The notes below the pieces were generated by a model. That model was not told the DNA's origin and searched no databases. It worked only from the letters and a program-made list of their open reading frames with translations. Positions 14,539-27,369 of a DNA stretch of 64,000 nt are shown here, piece by piece. Origin of the DNA: Octopus sinensis. Its lineage: Eukaryota. The stretch covers positions 26,536,001 to 26,600,000 of the forward strand of contig NC_043002.1 in NCBI RefSeq assembly GCF_006345805.1, read 5' to 3'. Numbering within the stretch: the first letter of the stretch is position 1; each line of letters starts with the position of its first letter. The translations under genes were made by a program, and so were the position numbers.

Positions 14539-14574
14539 TACATATAAATATTATATATGTGTGTATATAATATA

Positions 14575-14623
<49 letters not shown>

Positions 14624-15094
14624 ATGTGTGTGTGTGTGTGTGTGTGTTATATATATGTATATTTATTGTCAGACGTACGTAAACAATAATATCACATGCT
14701 AGATCACTCAATACACCATCTACATTCTCTGCAACAATATATGTTACCGCAGTCACTATACAAAATTCAACTCTCCGTGGCTAATGCACATTTGTTTGCA
14801 ATCTCCTCAACGATCTCAGAAATTGTTCTCCGCGCTGCAATGACTCTCTTGAGCAAATAATTTTAAATTTTATTTCTCATGCATTATTTTAGGCCGACTA
14901 AATTCAATGTGAATAATGGTATATTAATATTGTTTAGAATCATAATAAACAACTTCCTCTGCCTCTCTCCTCCCATTCTCCCTCCGCATGAGTCTCTGTA
15001 TGTACTATATATTTGCTATATATATGCAGATGCACGTATGCCTATTTAGATGTACACATACTCATAAACGCACACACATATACATGTATATACA

Positions 15095-15145
<51 letters not shown>

Positions 15146-15154
15146 ATATATATA

Positions 15155-15234
<80 letters not shown>

Positions 15235-15240
15235 CATATA

Positions 15241-16107
15241 CAGGGGGCTTCAAAAAATTTGATATCATTTTAGATGTAAATATCATAGAAACTGCATAGT
15301 CAAAGCAAATAAAACTAAACAAGCTTAATGTTGGGAATCATAAGAGTTATTCATCCCAATTTGAATGAGAAATTCAAAGGTTTGTGGATTCCATCAACGA
15401 TTTCACAAATGTTCAATATGCGCATCGCCCGAGATACGGTCCACGTCAAGTTCATAGTCCATCTCTTCCAAAACACGCTGCAGCATGTCTTAAGTTACAG
15501 TCTCCAGTGCGGTAGCGATTCCCTGGTCGAATTTCCCTAGGTTCGCAGGAAGAGGGGGAATATAGGCCAGGCCCTTCACATAGCCCCATGTTTGTGCTTT
15601 CGCTTGTCATCTGACATTATGGCCGCATCTTGTATGGTTTCATTAGCAAGCGTTTATTCAAGACGCGCCAGACTGTCGTTGGAGGAATTTGGGTTTTCAG
15701 ACTTGTTCTTCTTATTGTCTTCTTGGCTCTTCGCAAAAGTTTTCGGCGAACCCGCCCAACTGTCTCTTCTGATGTAAGTGTGGGCCCAGATCATTTTGCC
15801 GTGCACAGTTTAAGCTTTGAATGTTTTGTGCCATGTCCAAATCTGCATTGCTATTGCTGACTTTTTAGATAACTCTGCCACAAATGCACGCTGCAGTCTT
15901 GTTCGAATGGGTTCGAGCATACTCCAACACACAAAACGCCTTTTTCTGTCCCAGTGAAAGCCACTTTTATAACTGAAAAGCTAAACATATGAAACATAAA
16001 ACGTAATATTATTACCTGTTTCAACACATGCTGTTAAAATTTGAAGTCATTTGAACAAAAACTGGCTAAGTGATTAGATTGCGAAATGATATCAATGTTT
16101 TTGAAAC

Positions 16108-16113
<6 letters not shown>
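15241..16113 (-). mobile_element. Internally deleted Tc1/mariner element (DD37D/maT-like) with TIRs
   Basis: TIRs CAGGGGGCTTCAAAAAATTTGATATCATTT and reverse-complemented TAGGGTGTTTCAAAAACATTGATATCATTT, in TA context; N-terminal FCVLEYARTHS...IPPTTVWRVLNKRLLMKPYK joined near 15590 to C-terminal WGYVKGLAYIPPLP...GDAHIEHL*; catalytic core absent. Confidence 0.85.
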
Positions 16114-16174
<61 letters not shown>

Positions 16175-17737
16175 AATCTGTTTATATAATTCATATATAT
16201 ATATATATGCATACATACATATATAAATATATGTATATATTTAGATACATATTTAGATAGGTAGATACGCACATACACATACGTGCATACATGCAAACAT
16301 GCGTACGTATACATGCATTTATAGAGATTATTATGTATGTATATGCTATATGATATATGTGTACATATATATAAATATATATACATATATGTGCGTGTGT
16401 GTGCGTGTATATGTATATATATATATTGCAGTAAATGAATAGCATCTACACATCTATTATCTAATGTTCAAAACTGGAAGAGATACGTAATATTTACTCG
16501 ATATTTGGTTGCTCTTTCTAAGCGATAAACTAATCAAATACTCGAAGGCCTCACTAGGTCGGCTTCCAGCTGTTTTATGCTTTCACTGTTTACATAGGAG
16601 CTGCTATCAACAAAACTATATCACTCTATTCGTAATCATTGCGCTAGTGATTACTTCTCTTTATACTTTTATTTTCATGAGCCAGAGGTCGAATGCTTAT
16701 CTGTCATGCAAGGAAAGAAAATATAAATCAATATCTACGATCGATTTCTTGAATAAAACCAATCAGGTCAGATCGTGCCATTCGCTTATATTATAAGCCT
16801 GTGCATTCCCAAGAAGCGATAATATAAACACAGACTTCGATTAATTGGGGGAAGACATCCCTTGAAGCTAGGTGGCGGAAATATATTCTGTATCTTTTAT
16901 ACTGCTATTGTTATTTTTATATTTGCCAGTTTCTTTTCACTATTAATGGTATTGTTACTTTGGATCTTGTTATTGTTTTGTCCCCAGGCAGTACTGATCG
17001 ATGTGTGATCAAAAGTATTCAAGCTATGAACAAACATCTCATCTTATTTTCAGCTGTACTTTATATCAGAAGAGAAATACTCTATATTCACTGTTCACTT
17101 TACATCCAACGACACAACGTACAAAACTATTTTTTGAGCTCCATCATGTCCACTTTTATGCACATGTATACATCAGTTTGAAAATATCGCCGGTCACTTT
17201 ATGTCAAGGGAAACGTCAACCTCACTCTATGTGATGTCCCTTTCATTTCCTTCAAAGAACGAGCCCTTTCTCTAGCCCCTACTTATCCTCCCCAACCACT
17301 CCAAACTGTGTGTGTTTATTCGTTCCGTTTTCATAAACACATAGTGACATCACTGAACGCGAGTATTACTATCCACTAACATGAACATGATAGTGACAAC
17401 CTTTAACTTTAAGTGTTACCACATCTTTAATCGCCTTCGCAGCCTCTATAATGATCAGAAGATCTGCTTTCTTTAATCACATCTGCTGAAAATCTAATCT
17501 TCTATATCATTCCCAATGGGGAACTAACTTTTGATGTCTTTGGCAGCAGCGAGGCATTAAATCAAGACTGGAATCCGAAGCTGAAGTCAAAGTTGTTCAC
17601 CTGTGGGTTCCAACATTTTCTTGACTGTTGGGTCAGTGGCTTTCTATCAGAGTACGCTACCACAGTATGTACGCATGAAACATTTTCTGATCCGAATTTT
17701 GTCAACTCTGGGGCCCCGGATTATCGTCGTCGCACAA

Positions 17738-17779
<42 letters not shown>

Positions 17780-17827
17780 AAACAAGTCAGGATGGAAAAT
17801 GCTAAAATAATTCTATAAAGAACATTT

Positions 17828-17863
17828 CAGTACCGGTTTCAGTCATTGATACCTTTTCAACTG
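17828..17863 (-). ncRNA. Degenerate minimal type I hammerhead motif
   Basis: CAG-UUGAAAA-GGU(aucaaug)ACU-GAA-ACCGGU-A-CUG; two core substitutions (C3U, G8A), probably inactive. Confidence 0.45.
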
Positions 17864-18086
17864 TAACAATTAAATACTTAAATTTAGAAAAATTAAAAGA
17901 AAAGTTTTTTTAAAAGAATATTTGTATAGTGTTCAAATATAAGTGGCATTTTCCTTGTTTCTGTTTTTCTCTGTCTCTCTTGTTTACTCTTGTTGGTTCG
18001 AGGTCGAACCCACAAGAGTAAACAAGAATGACAGAGAATATATATATATGTATGTATCTATATACATACATACTTGCATAAATGAA

Positions 18087-18690
18087 GAGTGTATAATTGT
18101 GAAATCACAATTATAACGGAGAGGGTTGCAAAAACTCTTACATATCTAGAAATAGCAGTCAAACAGCTATAAAGCCACTATAACCATTCATATTATATCT
18201 CTTCACAATAAAAGCTGTCGGCGGGCCACATGACATAAAATAGAAACCTTGAATAAAAATATAATGTTAGACCTCTTTTGCAATTTCGAAGTTAGGGACC
18301 AAAAAGGTTCCACTCTTCTCGTCGGGAGAACATCGGGAGAATATAATGGTATGTAGACAAGGACATTTCTCTCAGACTTTTCTCTTTATCTTCAAATCAA
18401 AAAAATATTAAACGAAATCGCAACTGCATACAATGAAGCACTCAATGACAGCGGTTACGAGGAAAGAGTGCAATATATAAACAAGAAAACTACCACAATA
18501 ATTAGTTGCTGGTAAGCTCTTTTTCTTTTTGGTCTTTTTCATAATGATAAATTTTCCATTTGAGCCTTTTAGTAAAATTTGCAGAATTTTGTATTAATGT
18601 TTTCAGGTAATACTTTTTGGAAGGTATCTGTAATGTCTTTCATAGGTAAGGTTGTTGAATGCTGATGCATTATTTCCCTCTTTTGCAATT
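18087..18690. mobile_element. Scrambled PLE fragments in both orientations
   Basis: + strand: VYNCEITI...LTYLEI...YNH (GIY-YIG-like, ~18087-18190) and ILNEIATAYNEALNDSGYEERVQY (thumb, ~18405-18480). - strand: IPSKKYYLKTLIQNSANFTKRLKWK (Neptune-like N-terminus, ~18540-18640). Confidence 0.7.
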
Positions 18691-19673
18691 ACTGTTACGA
18701 AAATACTCACATCGGAACAGAGATTTTGACATAGAGACCAGCTATATATATATATAAATACACACATATTCTCGTGAACAACAAAGCACAAGGTCAGTTA
18801 ATTCCTATTCTAAAATCATCACCATGACATGCCCGACAACTAAACTCCACCTCCCAAACAAAACAGGAAATACCCTAAACAACAAGAAGAAAAGCAACTT
18901 ACAATTTAAAACATACCACCTATCCATACTTTTTGTGAACCCATAAAAAATTCCATTACAAAAAAGTTGACACACCCAATTACTACATTCTTAAATAATG
19001 GACTAAATTTTGAAACTTTGTCGAAATAAAAGAATACATCCAATAAATCCAAATGTATCTGGTGCTACTAGCAAATCTTATACCTACTTACCAAAGGGAA
19101 CACATGTAAATGTCCATACCTGCTTACTTATTTCTACATACATGAAAACATTCTAATCAATAATATAACTCCAAATTTAATCAATAAGGATTTCTTCAAT
19201 AAGTACTCACGCGACAACGTAATCACACTCCACTCAAATCCACTTAGCTAAGGAAATTTTAACTCAGCAGATACTATGTGAAGCCAATATTAACTTCAAC
19301 GCACCGAAGACTGACGATCATATACATATGACTGTGTATGTTATCGTATGTGTGTGAGTGTGAGTGTGTATGAGTGAGTGAGTGAGTGAGTGTGTGTGTT
19401 TGTGTGTGCGTGTGTACGTATGTTTGAAATTATTCAGTTTTTGTTTATTTTCTATTTACATGTGGATATGAATGCATATTTTGTATCTATAACCAAAGCG
19501 GTTTTATTTGATTATATGCATCATTAACTCCAAATCAGCTTACCTGGATTTCTCTAATAGCCACCACTTGCTTTACAGACTTAGTCCTCGGTAAAGATTC
19601 GGGAGAATAAGCTACAGTCATTCGAGCGTTACCACGTGTTTGCTACATTGAACATCTGTACGTTGACTCTGTC

Positions 19674-19674
<1 letters not shown>

Positions 19675-19705
<31 letters not shown>

Positions 19706-20040
19706 TGTATGTATGTATGTATGTATGTATGTATGTATGTATGTATGTATGCCTGTATGTATGTATGTATGTATGTATGTATGTATGTATGCATGTATGT
19801 ATGTATGTATGTATGTATGTATGTACGTACGTATGTATGTATGTATGTATGTATGTTTGTATGTATATATGTATGTATGTATATATTCATGCGTAAGTAC
19901 GTACGTATGTATACATGTATATATGTATGTATGTATATATCCATGCGTAAGTACGTACGTATGTATACATGTATGTATGTAAGTATATATTCATGCGTAA
20001 ATAGGTACGTATGTATATATGTATGTATGTATGTATGTAA
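19675..20040. repeat. (TATG)n microsatellite with degenerate tail
   Basis: Direct reading. Confidence 0.97.
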
Positions 20041-20845
20041 ATAAACGCTTCAACAGTACTTAAATATTTATAATTTTCGCAAAATATTTTATGATATATT
20101 CATAATAGACCGCCTCCCTTTCCAGCTTTTCAAAGGAAGGCAATAGATATTCCTAAATTTCAACGTTTATGGCAACAATCATTTGAATGTCTATGAAAAA
20201 TTATCTATTATACATTTGCGTATGTACACATATGCATCACAGAAGTTTCTGCGCATTAAGTACCTATAAAACCATATAGTTTCACATACATATATATGCA
20301 GCATAATATTAAAGGAACTTGAACCTGATGCTTGCTTTGTTAATTTGTTAAGCACATAGCTCTGTTTGTACAAGGATATATGCTGCTTCTCAATTTTATG
20401 CTGACCTTTAAGTGCATTACAAATTATCGCACGATATAATTTTGTTGAGCAGAATATTATGTTATTCAACTATGACGTTATGAGAAAATTATATATTTCG
20501 TATATTGCGTGAATTGCGTTATATTGCTGTAGGTTATTCCTTAACTAGAGTTTGTCGTTTTCAAATGTCATTTCGCTTGCTGAAACTGGTTGTAAGTTTC
20601 CACCTAAGGGATTGATTCCGTTTAGCTTTATTCTTGTTATTAAATTTATTAAATTTATTGATAATATTTTATATCTGTATAAAAAATGTCTTTTACTGAA
20701 TCCCAAGTTCATCTAACGTTACAAGCAATATTTGATCAATGTATTTTTATGCTATATACATACATACATATATATATATATATATGTGTGTGTGTGTATG
20801 TATGTATGTATATATATATATATTGTGTGTATGTATATATGCATG

Positions 20846-20879
<34 letters not shown>

Positions 20880-20963
20880 AACATATATATGTATATGTAT
20901 ATATATGTATACATATATATGTATATATATATATATATATATTATATATATCTATATATATAT

Positions 20964-21000
<37 letters not shown>

Positions 21001-22316
21001 GTATCTATGTATGTTTTACCCAGTATATTTGAAGGTCGTATAAACCTAGCAGTTAGTTTTACTAAAAAAATATCGCAAGTACTCAGGGAAGCTAGAATTA
21101 CAATATTATATACAAGCTTTCTAAAAGGTGGACGCCTCTGAACTAACGTTAGAATATCTACCTCGTCGTTCAATCTTCTGGAACGAGAGGTTACATCTTT
21201 CGTAAATCATGAGCTATAGTCTTACGCGAGAAAAATTTACATATGTCTAATTGCATACTTACATGCACAAATACCTACATACATGTAACCCGTACATCAC
21301 ACACACACACAATGTTGTTGAAGACGTAGTAAGGCAGTTTAAAAGCTGACGAATGGATTATTTGGTCAAGCTACAATATTCCATTAAGAGATTGTTTTGT
21401 GACGTAACAGCGTAAATTCGGTTATGCAAGATTTGCCAAATTTAGAAGATTATGTACTACATTACAATAACATACGCTCTCAAAGCATCGGGCAACCACA
21501 TGCAGGTCAATATTTCATATGTGGTCGGACTAGCTGGAGAAATTGTGGCGAATAACAAATGGCTATTTGATACTTGACTATATACTATGAAATAAGTAAG
21601 TCTGCAAAGGTAGTGGGTATGAAAGGATAATGGTAGTTCTATGAAAGAAGGTACAAGACTATATAAGAAAAATGATTGGATTGCCCAAAATGTCTCTGAT
21701 CACAAGCTTTCCAATGGGCTATCCTGGAGTTAAAAAAGAATAAGTACAACAAATATATTCCGCCCAAACTGAGGAAAGAAAGCAATATATTATCATATAT
21801 TGTTGCATCTTGGAAGGGTCATTATATCTATAAAAAACATACGCTCTGGTCATGATTCACTTCATTTAACATCATTATTAACGTTTGTCACGTAGTTAAA
21901 CGAGTAACCAATCGATTGTTTGAAATTTATCAAACAAATAACAGTGAAGTCTGATTTATTATACACAATAAACATAATCATTGCACACCAAAGTTATAAG
22001 TGATGACTATGATTAACTAAACGAATGTTACAATTGGTAAACATTATAGAAAGCAACAGAATATAAAATAAAACAATGTAAATATTATAGTGATCAATCA
22101 ATGTGATTCAATTATAACATATACAAGTTGCAGAAAATTATATTCATTCATAATTCATTCAAAATATGATATCTAATACAATTTAAACAGTTAAAAGTTT
22201 ATATGTATATATAAATTGTATATTTATATATATATAGACATTCAAAATGTGACCGCGTGTGTACCGTTGGCGATTTTTTTCCCCGCCTTCCCTTCTTTGG
22301 ATCTTTCCTTTTCCTA

Positions 22317-22353
22317 TGTTTCTGACGAAGAGCTCCGCTCGAAACGTTAAACA
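22317..22353 (+). ncRNA. Minimal type I hammerhead ribozyme candidate (family X relative)
   Basis: UGUUU-CUGACGA-A-GAGC(ucc)GCUC-GAA-ACGU-U-AAACA: 5-bp stem I, 4-bp stem II, palindromic ACGU stem III, GUU site, one extra A after A9. Confidence 0.7.
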
Positions 22354-22560
22354 CTCCTTCTTTCCTTCTTTCCTGAGCGTCCAATAATACTATACTTGTA
22401 CCACATCCTTGCGTTGTAGTGTTTTCTCTTTGTATTTTCATGTTTGGATTAACTAAATATATATTGGCTAAACTGGCAATATGACCATTCCGAAATATAA
22501 CAATATCTGTTTCAACACACGACTTCACATAAAAAATCTTGCACAACAAATATTTAAACG

Positions 22561-22595
<35 letters not shown>

Positions 22596-22597
<2 letters not shown>

Positions 22598-22780
22598 CGG
22601 GAAGCTTTATGAAAATAGACAAAAGACGAAGGCAGGTGGAAAACAAACAAACAATTGTATTAGTATGGCGCTCAGGAAATATAAATAAAACAAGTCTTTA
22701 ACGTTTCGAGCCTACGCTCTTCAACAGAAAGATACACAGAGAGAAAAAAAAACACACAAAGTAGGAGAGAAAAAAATGCA
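22596..22780 (-). mobile_element. Family X copy 2 with hammerhead-like motif at 22695-22732
   Basis: UCUUU-CUGUUGA-A-GAGC(guag)GCUC-GAA-ACGU-U-AAAGA; directly after a (TA)n tract. Confidence 0.72.
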
Positions 22781-22794
22781 TGCAGTAATATATA

Positions 22795-22851
<57 letters not shown>

Positions 22852-23110
22852 TAAATAAAATAAAACATATGCATATATATAAACATATATGTACGTACCT
22901 ACCTCTACATGTACATATACACGCATATATGAGTACAGGACACCAAAAGGACGTCGAACACCATGAGAAACGAAAACATAGACACAAACCAAAGGAACTG
23001 GACATGTTTTTAAAAACAGCAAAAACATAGAGTACGGGACAATTAACACAAAGAACAAACCCCTTCTTCAGTCGCTAAAGGTTTCATCTACTCTACGTTT
23101 CGAAGGATAA

Positions 23111-23160
<50 letters not shown>

Positions 23161-23974
23161 ATAAGTTGCGCTACATGATTCATTAAACAATATATCGTTC
23201 CAGTAATATGGATGCGAAACACATACAAGATCATATACATCTATTGTAGATTTAGTTGGGCTGCAATACAGTAGGATCTTAATTAAGTAGGCCAGTTGTA
23301 AAACACATGTCATCTATAAACCAGTACTTCGTCACTCAACCTGTTTGAAATAAATAAATCTTATACAAATCGTACTCAGATAATATATCAAATGAAAACC
23401 TCATTGCGTCGAAATAAAAAGAGAAAGGAAACACTTTAAGTTATAATGTTTCTGTTCTATCTGGACAGATATGGAGAAAACGGCAACAGCTAAAGCAATG
23501 CTAAAATACCTCATGCACTGTCACTAACAATGATTAACTAGCTGGTCTCTTTTAACAGCTTTACTCCGTTTGAAATTTGCCTTATTTTTTGTCTGAAAGA
23601 AAAACGGAGTGAGTGGGGCTTGTTTGTAGTTCGTAGAAAAGACTTTATACCTGAAGAAAAAAAGATATGGTCTTTCTCCCTCAAATAAATGACATGAAGA
23701 TCTATGATAGACAGCAAATAAGCACCGGGAGTGGGAGAAAGAAGAGAGAACTAACCATCGATCTTTCTAGAACTCCCGGAATAAAAATGTAAACACCTGA
23801 AAGACTTTTCCTCTATTCATTGCTAAATGTCTTTCCATTCTTCTTCATTGTTAGAAGCAAAGAAGCTAGAAAAGATCGTTCGTATTTCAGTCTAATCGTG
23901 ATTGTAAATGACTAAGGTTTTCCTTTCCCAGTCTCTATCACTTCACTCCTTTTCTCTACGGTTAAGAGAGTGAA

Positions 23975-24291
23975 GGTGCGTGGCTCGGTTGTTGGGGGTA
24001 TGCGGCCCACGATTTTAAAGTCATGAGTACGATTCTCGGCCGCGCGCTGTGTTTTTGAGCATGATACCCTACTTCACGTTGCTGCAGTCCGCTCAGCTGG
24101 CAAAACTGAGTTGTAGCTGTAATTGAAAGTGGTCAGCTTTTTCACATTCTGTGTGAAGTTGAATATCCCTGAGAACTCATTTATGGTATGCATGTCCGCG
24201 GAGTACTTAGCTACTTGCGCGTTGATTTACGAGCAGACTGTTCGTTGATCAGACAAACTGAAACCTCATAGTCGTAACCGACGGAGTGCCA
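23975..24291 (+). mobile_element. tRNA-derived SINE, family B
   Basis: A-box-like TGGCTCGGTTG, B-box-like GAGTACGATTCTC; body homologous to 24590-24742 and 55715-55996. Confidence 0.8.
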
Positions 24292-24589
24292 TTTTTTAAA
24301 GACTGAAATGTTCCATATCGTAAGGCAAAAATGTCAAGTGTTTAGTATATGCAGTGAAAGCTAAGACGAAATAATTGCCATTCCGTCGTGTATTCGCCCA
24401 CGACTCACGCTCAGTTGATAACAATAGCCTACGCATCAGTGTTTGCCAGGGGACTTGACTTCCATATCTGTGAGATCCACAAATGCCGCTGTTAGGACCG
24501 GATTAACACTCATAGTGACACTAACGGTTTTCCCTGCACTTATGTAGGATCGTTTTTCGTTTTCGTCTAACCAATTGAAGGTTTATCTA

Positions 24590-24742
24590 GCTCCAGACCA
24601 CTCAGCTGTCCAAAATGAGTTGTAGCTGTAATTCAAAAGGGCCAGGCTTGTCATATTCTGTGTGAGGCTGAATCTCCCTGAGAACTACATTAATGATATG
24701 TATGTCTGTGGAGTGCTCAGTCACTTGCAAGTTAATTTTATT
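24590..24742 (+). mobile_element. SINE family B, internal fragment
   Basis: GCTCCAGACCACTCAGCTG...CCCTGAGAACTAC...GGAGTGCTCAGTCACTTGCA aligns to 24085-24225. Confidence 0.75.
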
Positions 24743-25939
24743 CTCGCGTGGTAATGAAAAGTGAAAGTGACATCCAATATTTGCTGCGTCTATGTATCTC
24801 TGTATCAACATTTCTTTGGTTCTATATATCTACTGTCTCTCTCACGTCCTCTCTCTCTTTCGCTTCCTTTGTCTCCCTCCTTTCTCCCGTCTTTAACTTA
24901 ACAATGTGTGTTTATGTATCTATGTATCTACTTTTCTTACGATAAAATAAACATTTAAAAGCACAAAATGAACGCCGTCACTACACATTGTCTCTTTCAC
25001 CTTTTCACTCTCCCTCATTCTCTCTCAGTCTCTCTTTTTCTCTCTGTCATCCTCTCTCTCGCTTTGCCACTCTCTTTTTGAAGTAAGTTTGACACCGACG
25101 CCAGGTACGGACAAAAAGAATAAATTGACATATCAATATTATTGAATAAAGTATTCTTCTAAAACCGCAGTAAAACGTATTTATCATTAAAGGAGTTAGA
25201 TTAGAAGAATCGTTAGAGCATCTGATTGAATATCTTGCAAATTTTGTTCAAACTGTTTAGATTTTATATTTGCTCAAATTCAAACGAAGTGAACTTTAGC
25301 CATCATTCCTTTTGTGGTCGATAAAGTAAAGCACAATTCACGCATTGGGGGCTCTGTAACCAACAATCCCTCCATATTGTTACTTTGTAACTAAAGAATT
25401 GGTATAGTTTGAATGAAATTTCTGACTTGACAGAACATCAAGTTAAGTCGACACAACGAAGAATATGTCCATTTAGGGGAACAATCGAAGAAAATAAAAC
25501 GAGGCCTTTTATAAGTTCCCTGATTTGATTTTATAGAAGTTAAATCTTTCTTAAATCACAATTTACCATCTTAAAATTGTCATAAAATCATTGCGCACTG
25601 TTGCTCTAGTTACTCTGTGTTATAAAAAGTATGGTTAAATCACAGAACAGCATTGGTTTTAGATTTACTACACGACTTTCGACCTGGGGCGAAACAACAA
25701 CAAAGTCGAGTCGTCTAGTTGCGCCCGTGTCAGCTACAATATTACTCTTTGCCTCATACGGTCAACTGTATTTATATACATCAGCGAAAACTTTAAATTG
25801 TTTCTAGTCCTGAATAGAATTCAAAATCTTTCCTATCCCCCTGTTGTGTTATGAAAGGAAGGGTAAAAGGATAAATTCGGTCATGAATTACCATGGGATT
25901 ACACCTAGAAAGTTCCCCACCGATGCACATATCCGGGCA

Positions 25940-26188
25940 AGGTTGTTTATGGAAGACTAGCAGTTGCCCATCCATATCAGCCTCCCCTTCCACGCCACCA
26001 ATCTTATCGAAGGGAAAGGCAAAGGCTGATACAACTTGGCACCTGTGACGTCGCAACTCATTTCTGTATATGAGTGAAATAGAACAACGTGAAATAAAGT
26101 GAAATAAAGTTTCTTGTTCAAGAACACAACACAGCCGGAACTCACCACCTCATGATTGAAAGCCCGGGATTCTAACAACGGAACCATT
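25940..26188 (-). mobile_element. SINE with family-B-like head and a different 3' body
   Basis: Minus head ...GGTGGTGAGTTCCGG...TGTTGTGTTCTTGAACAAGAAACTTTATTTCAC resembles the family B head. Confidence 0.55.
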
Positions 26189-26204
26189 TGGTTCTGTATA
26201 TTAA

Positions 26205-26352
26205 CCTTTCTTACTTAGGCACAATACCAGTAATTTTGAGCGATGGAGAAGTCTATTGTCAGTGCTCAACTGGTCTTTATTTCATTATCACCGAAAGGAT
26301 AAAATGTTAAGTCGACCTCCGCTTAATTTCAACGTAAAAACGGACGAAATAT
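26205..26352 (-). mobile_element. SINE family A, decayed fragment
   Basis: ACCGAAAGGATAAAATGTTAAGTCGACCTCCG...GACGAAAT resembles 32955-33025. Confidence 0.55.
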
Positions 26353-27369
26353 AGTTATTGATTTTGGTAATGTTAAAGATTCTCTCAACTCGCTGCCTTT
26401 GTGATCCTATAGGTAATAAATGGGGGATTGATAACAAGTGAACTCTCTTTGAACTTACGTCTCTTGGATCAGGAATGACGTATGACGAAACAGACACGAA
26501 GAAAGTAAGCCTTAAACAATCTTAAACAACGGTTCTTAAACTGTTATCCTTTTATTCCTTTGTCGGTTATTAGTTTTGGCCCAATGGCTGAGTGCACGCT
26601 AGAGAACTTTTCATTCTGTTGCTCTCAGTTGCGTTACCTGTCGTGATGTTGGTACGTCTGGAATCACATGTGGTAACTTATCATGGCGTACAATGAATAT
26701 ATCTACATCCATTCAACCTAGATTTTCCAGTCTCTCTGGCTACTGAATTCAGTGCTTCTGATTTTCGAAGACGTGGTGGATTTTGGAGTCTATGCAATGA
26801 CAGCCAGAACAACTACCCAGAATAGATCATGATTTTAATTGTTTCATAGGCTTTATCATTACAGATAAAAATTTAGAAACAAAATTAAGTAGTAATTTAA
26901 TATCTAATTAAGGAAGAACAGTTTATTTATTAAGAGAAGAATAATGAATGCTTTCGTCAAGTTTTCACCTTCAGTCTACCAAATATCGAAACTGAATTTT
27001 ATTGTTCGAAACTAAATTTGCTGCTAATTAGCTTTACAATTATAACAATTATTTATTTTTCGATGTCGTATACTTTTTAAAAATATATATTGATAAACTT
27101 TTTGAAACATCATCCTATTACTTTTCAATAAATAAGATTTACTTGTTGCAAGGAAATTTTGTTTACTTACGCGAAGAAGTTTAGTTAATTACATAAATAT
27201 ATGATACGAAGATTTAACAAAATTAATTATAAAATGGCACTTTCATCACTAATGCTTCCGTCTCTATACAACTCTGATTGTTTCGACTTCCGGCAATGTT
27301 CCAAATTTCTTTACCTACATTTCATGAAAGTATTTGCATATTAATGTAAATTCGTGAGAACTTTGATTC

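Noticed and set aside
17480-17740. Possible RTE RT fragment
   Set aside because: Only faint resemblance (QSTL..ET); not supportable.
23060-23110. GAAACGTA half-hammerhead on the minus strand
   Set aside because: The 5' half is missing and replaced by (TA)n, so no fold is possible.
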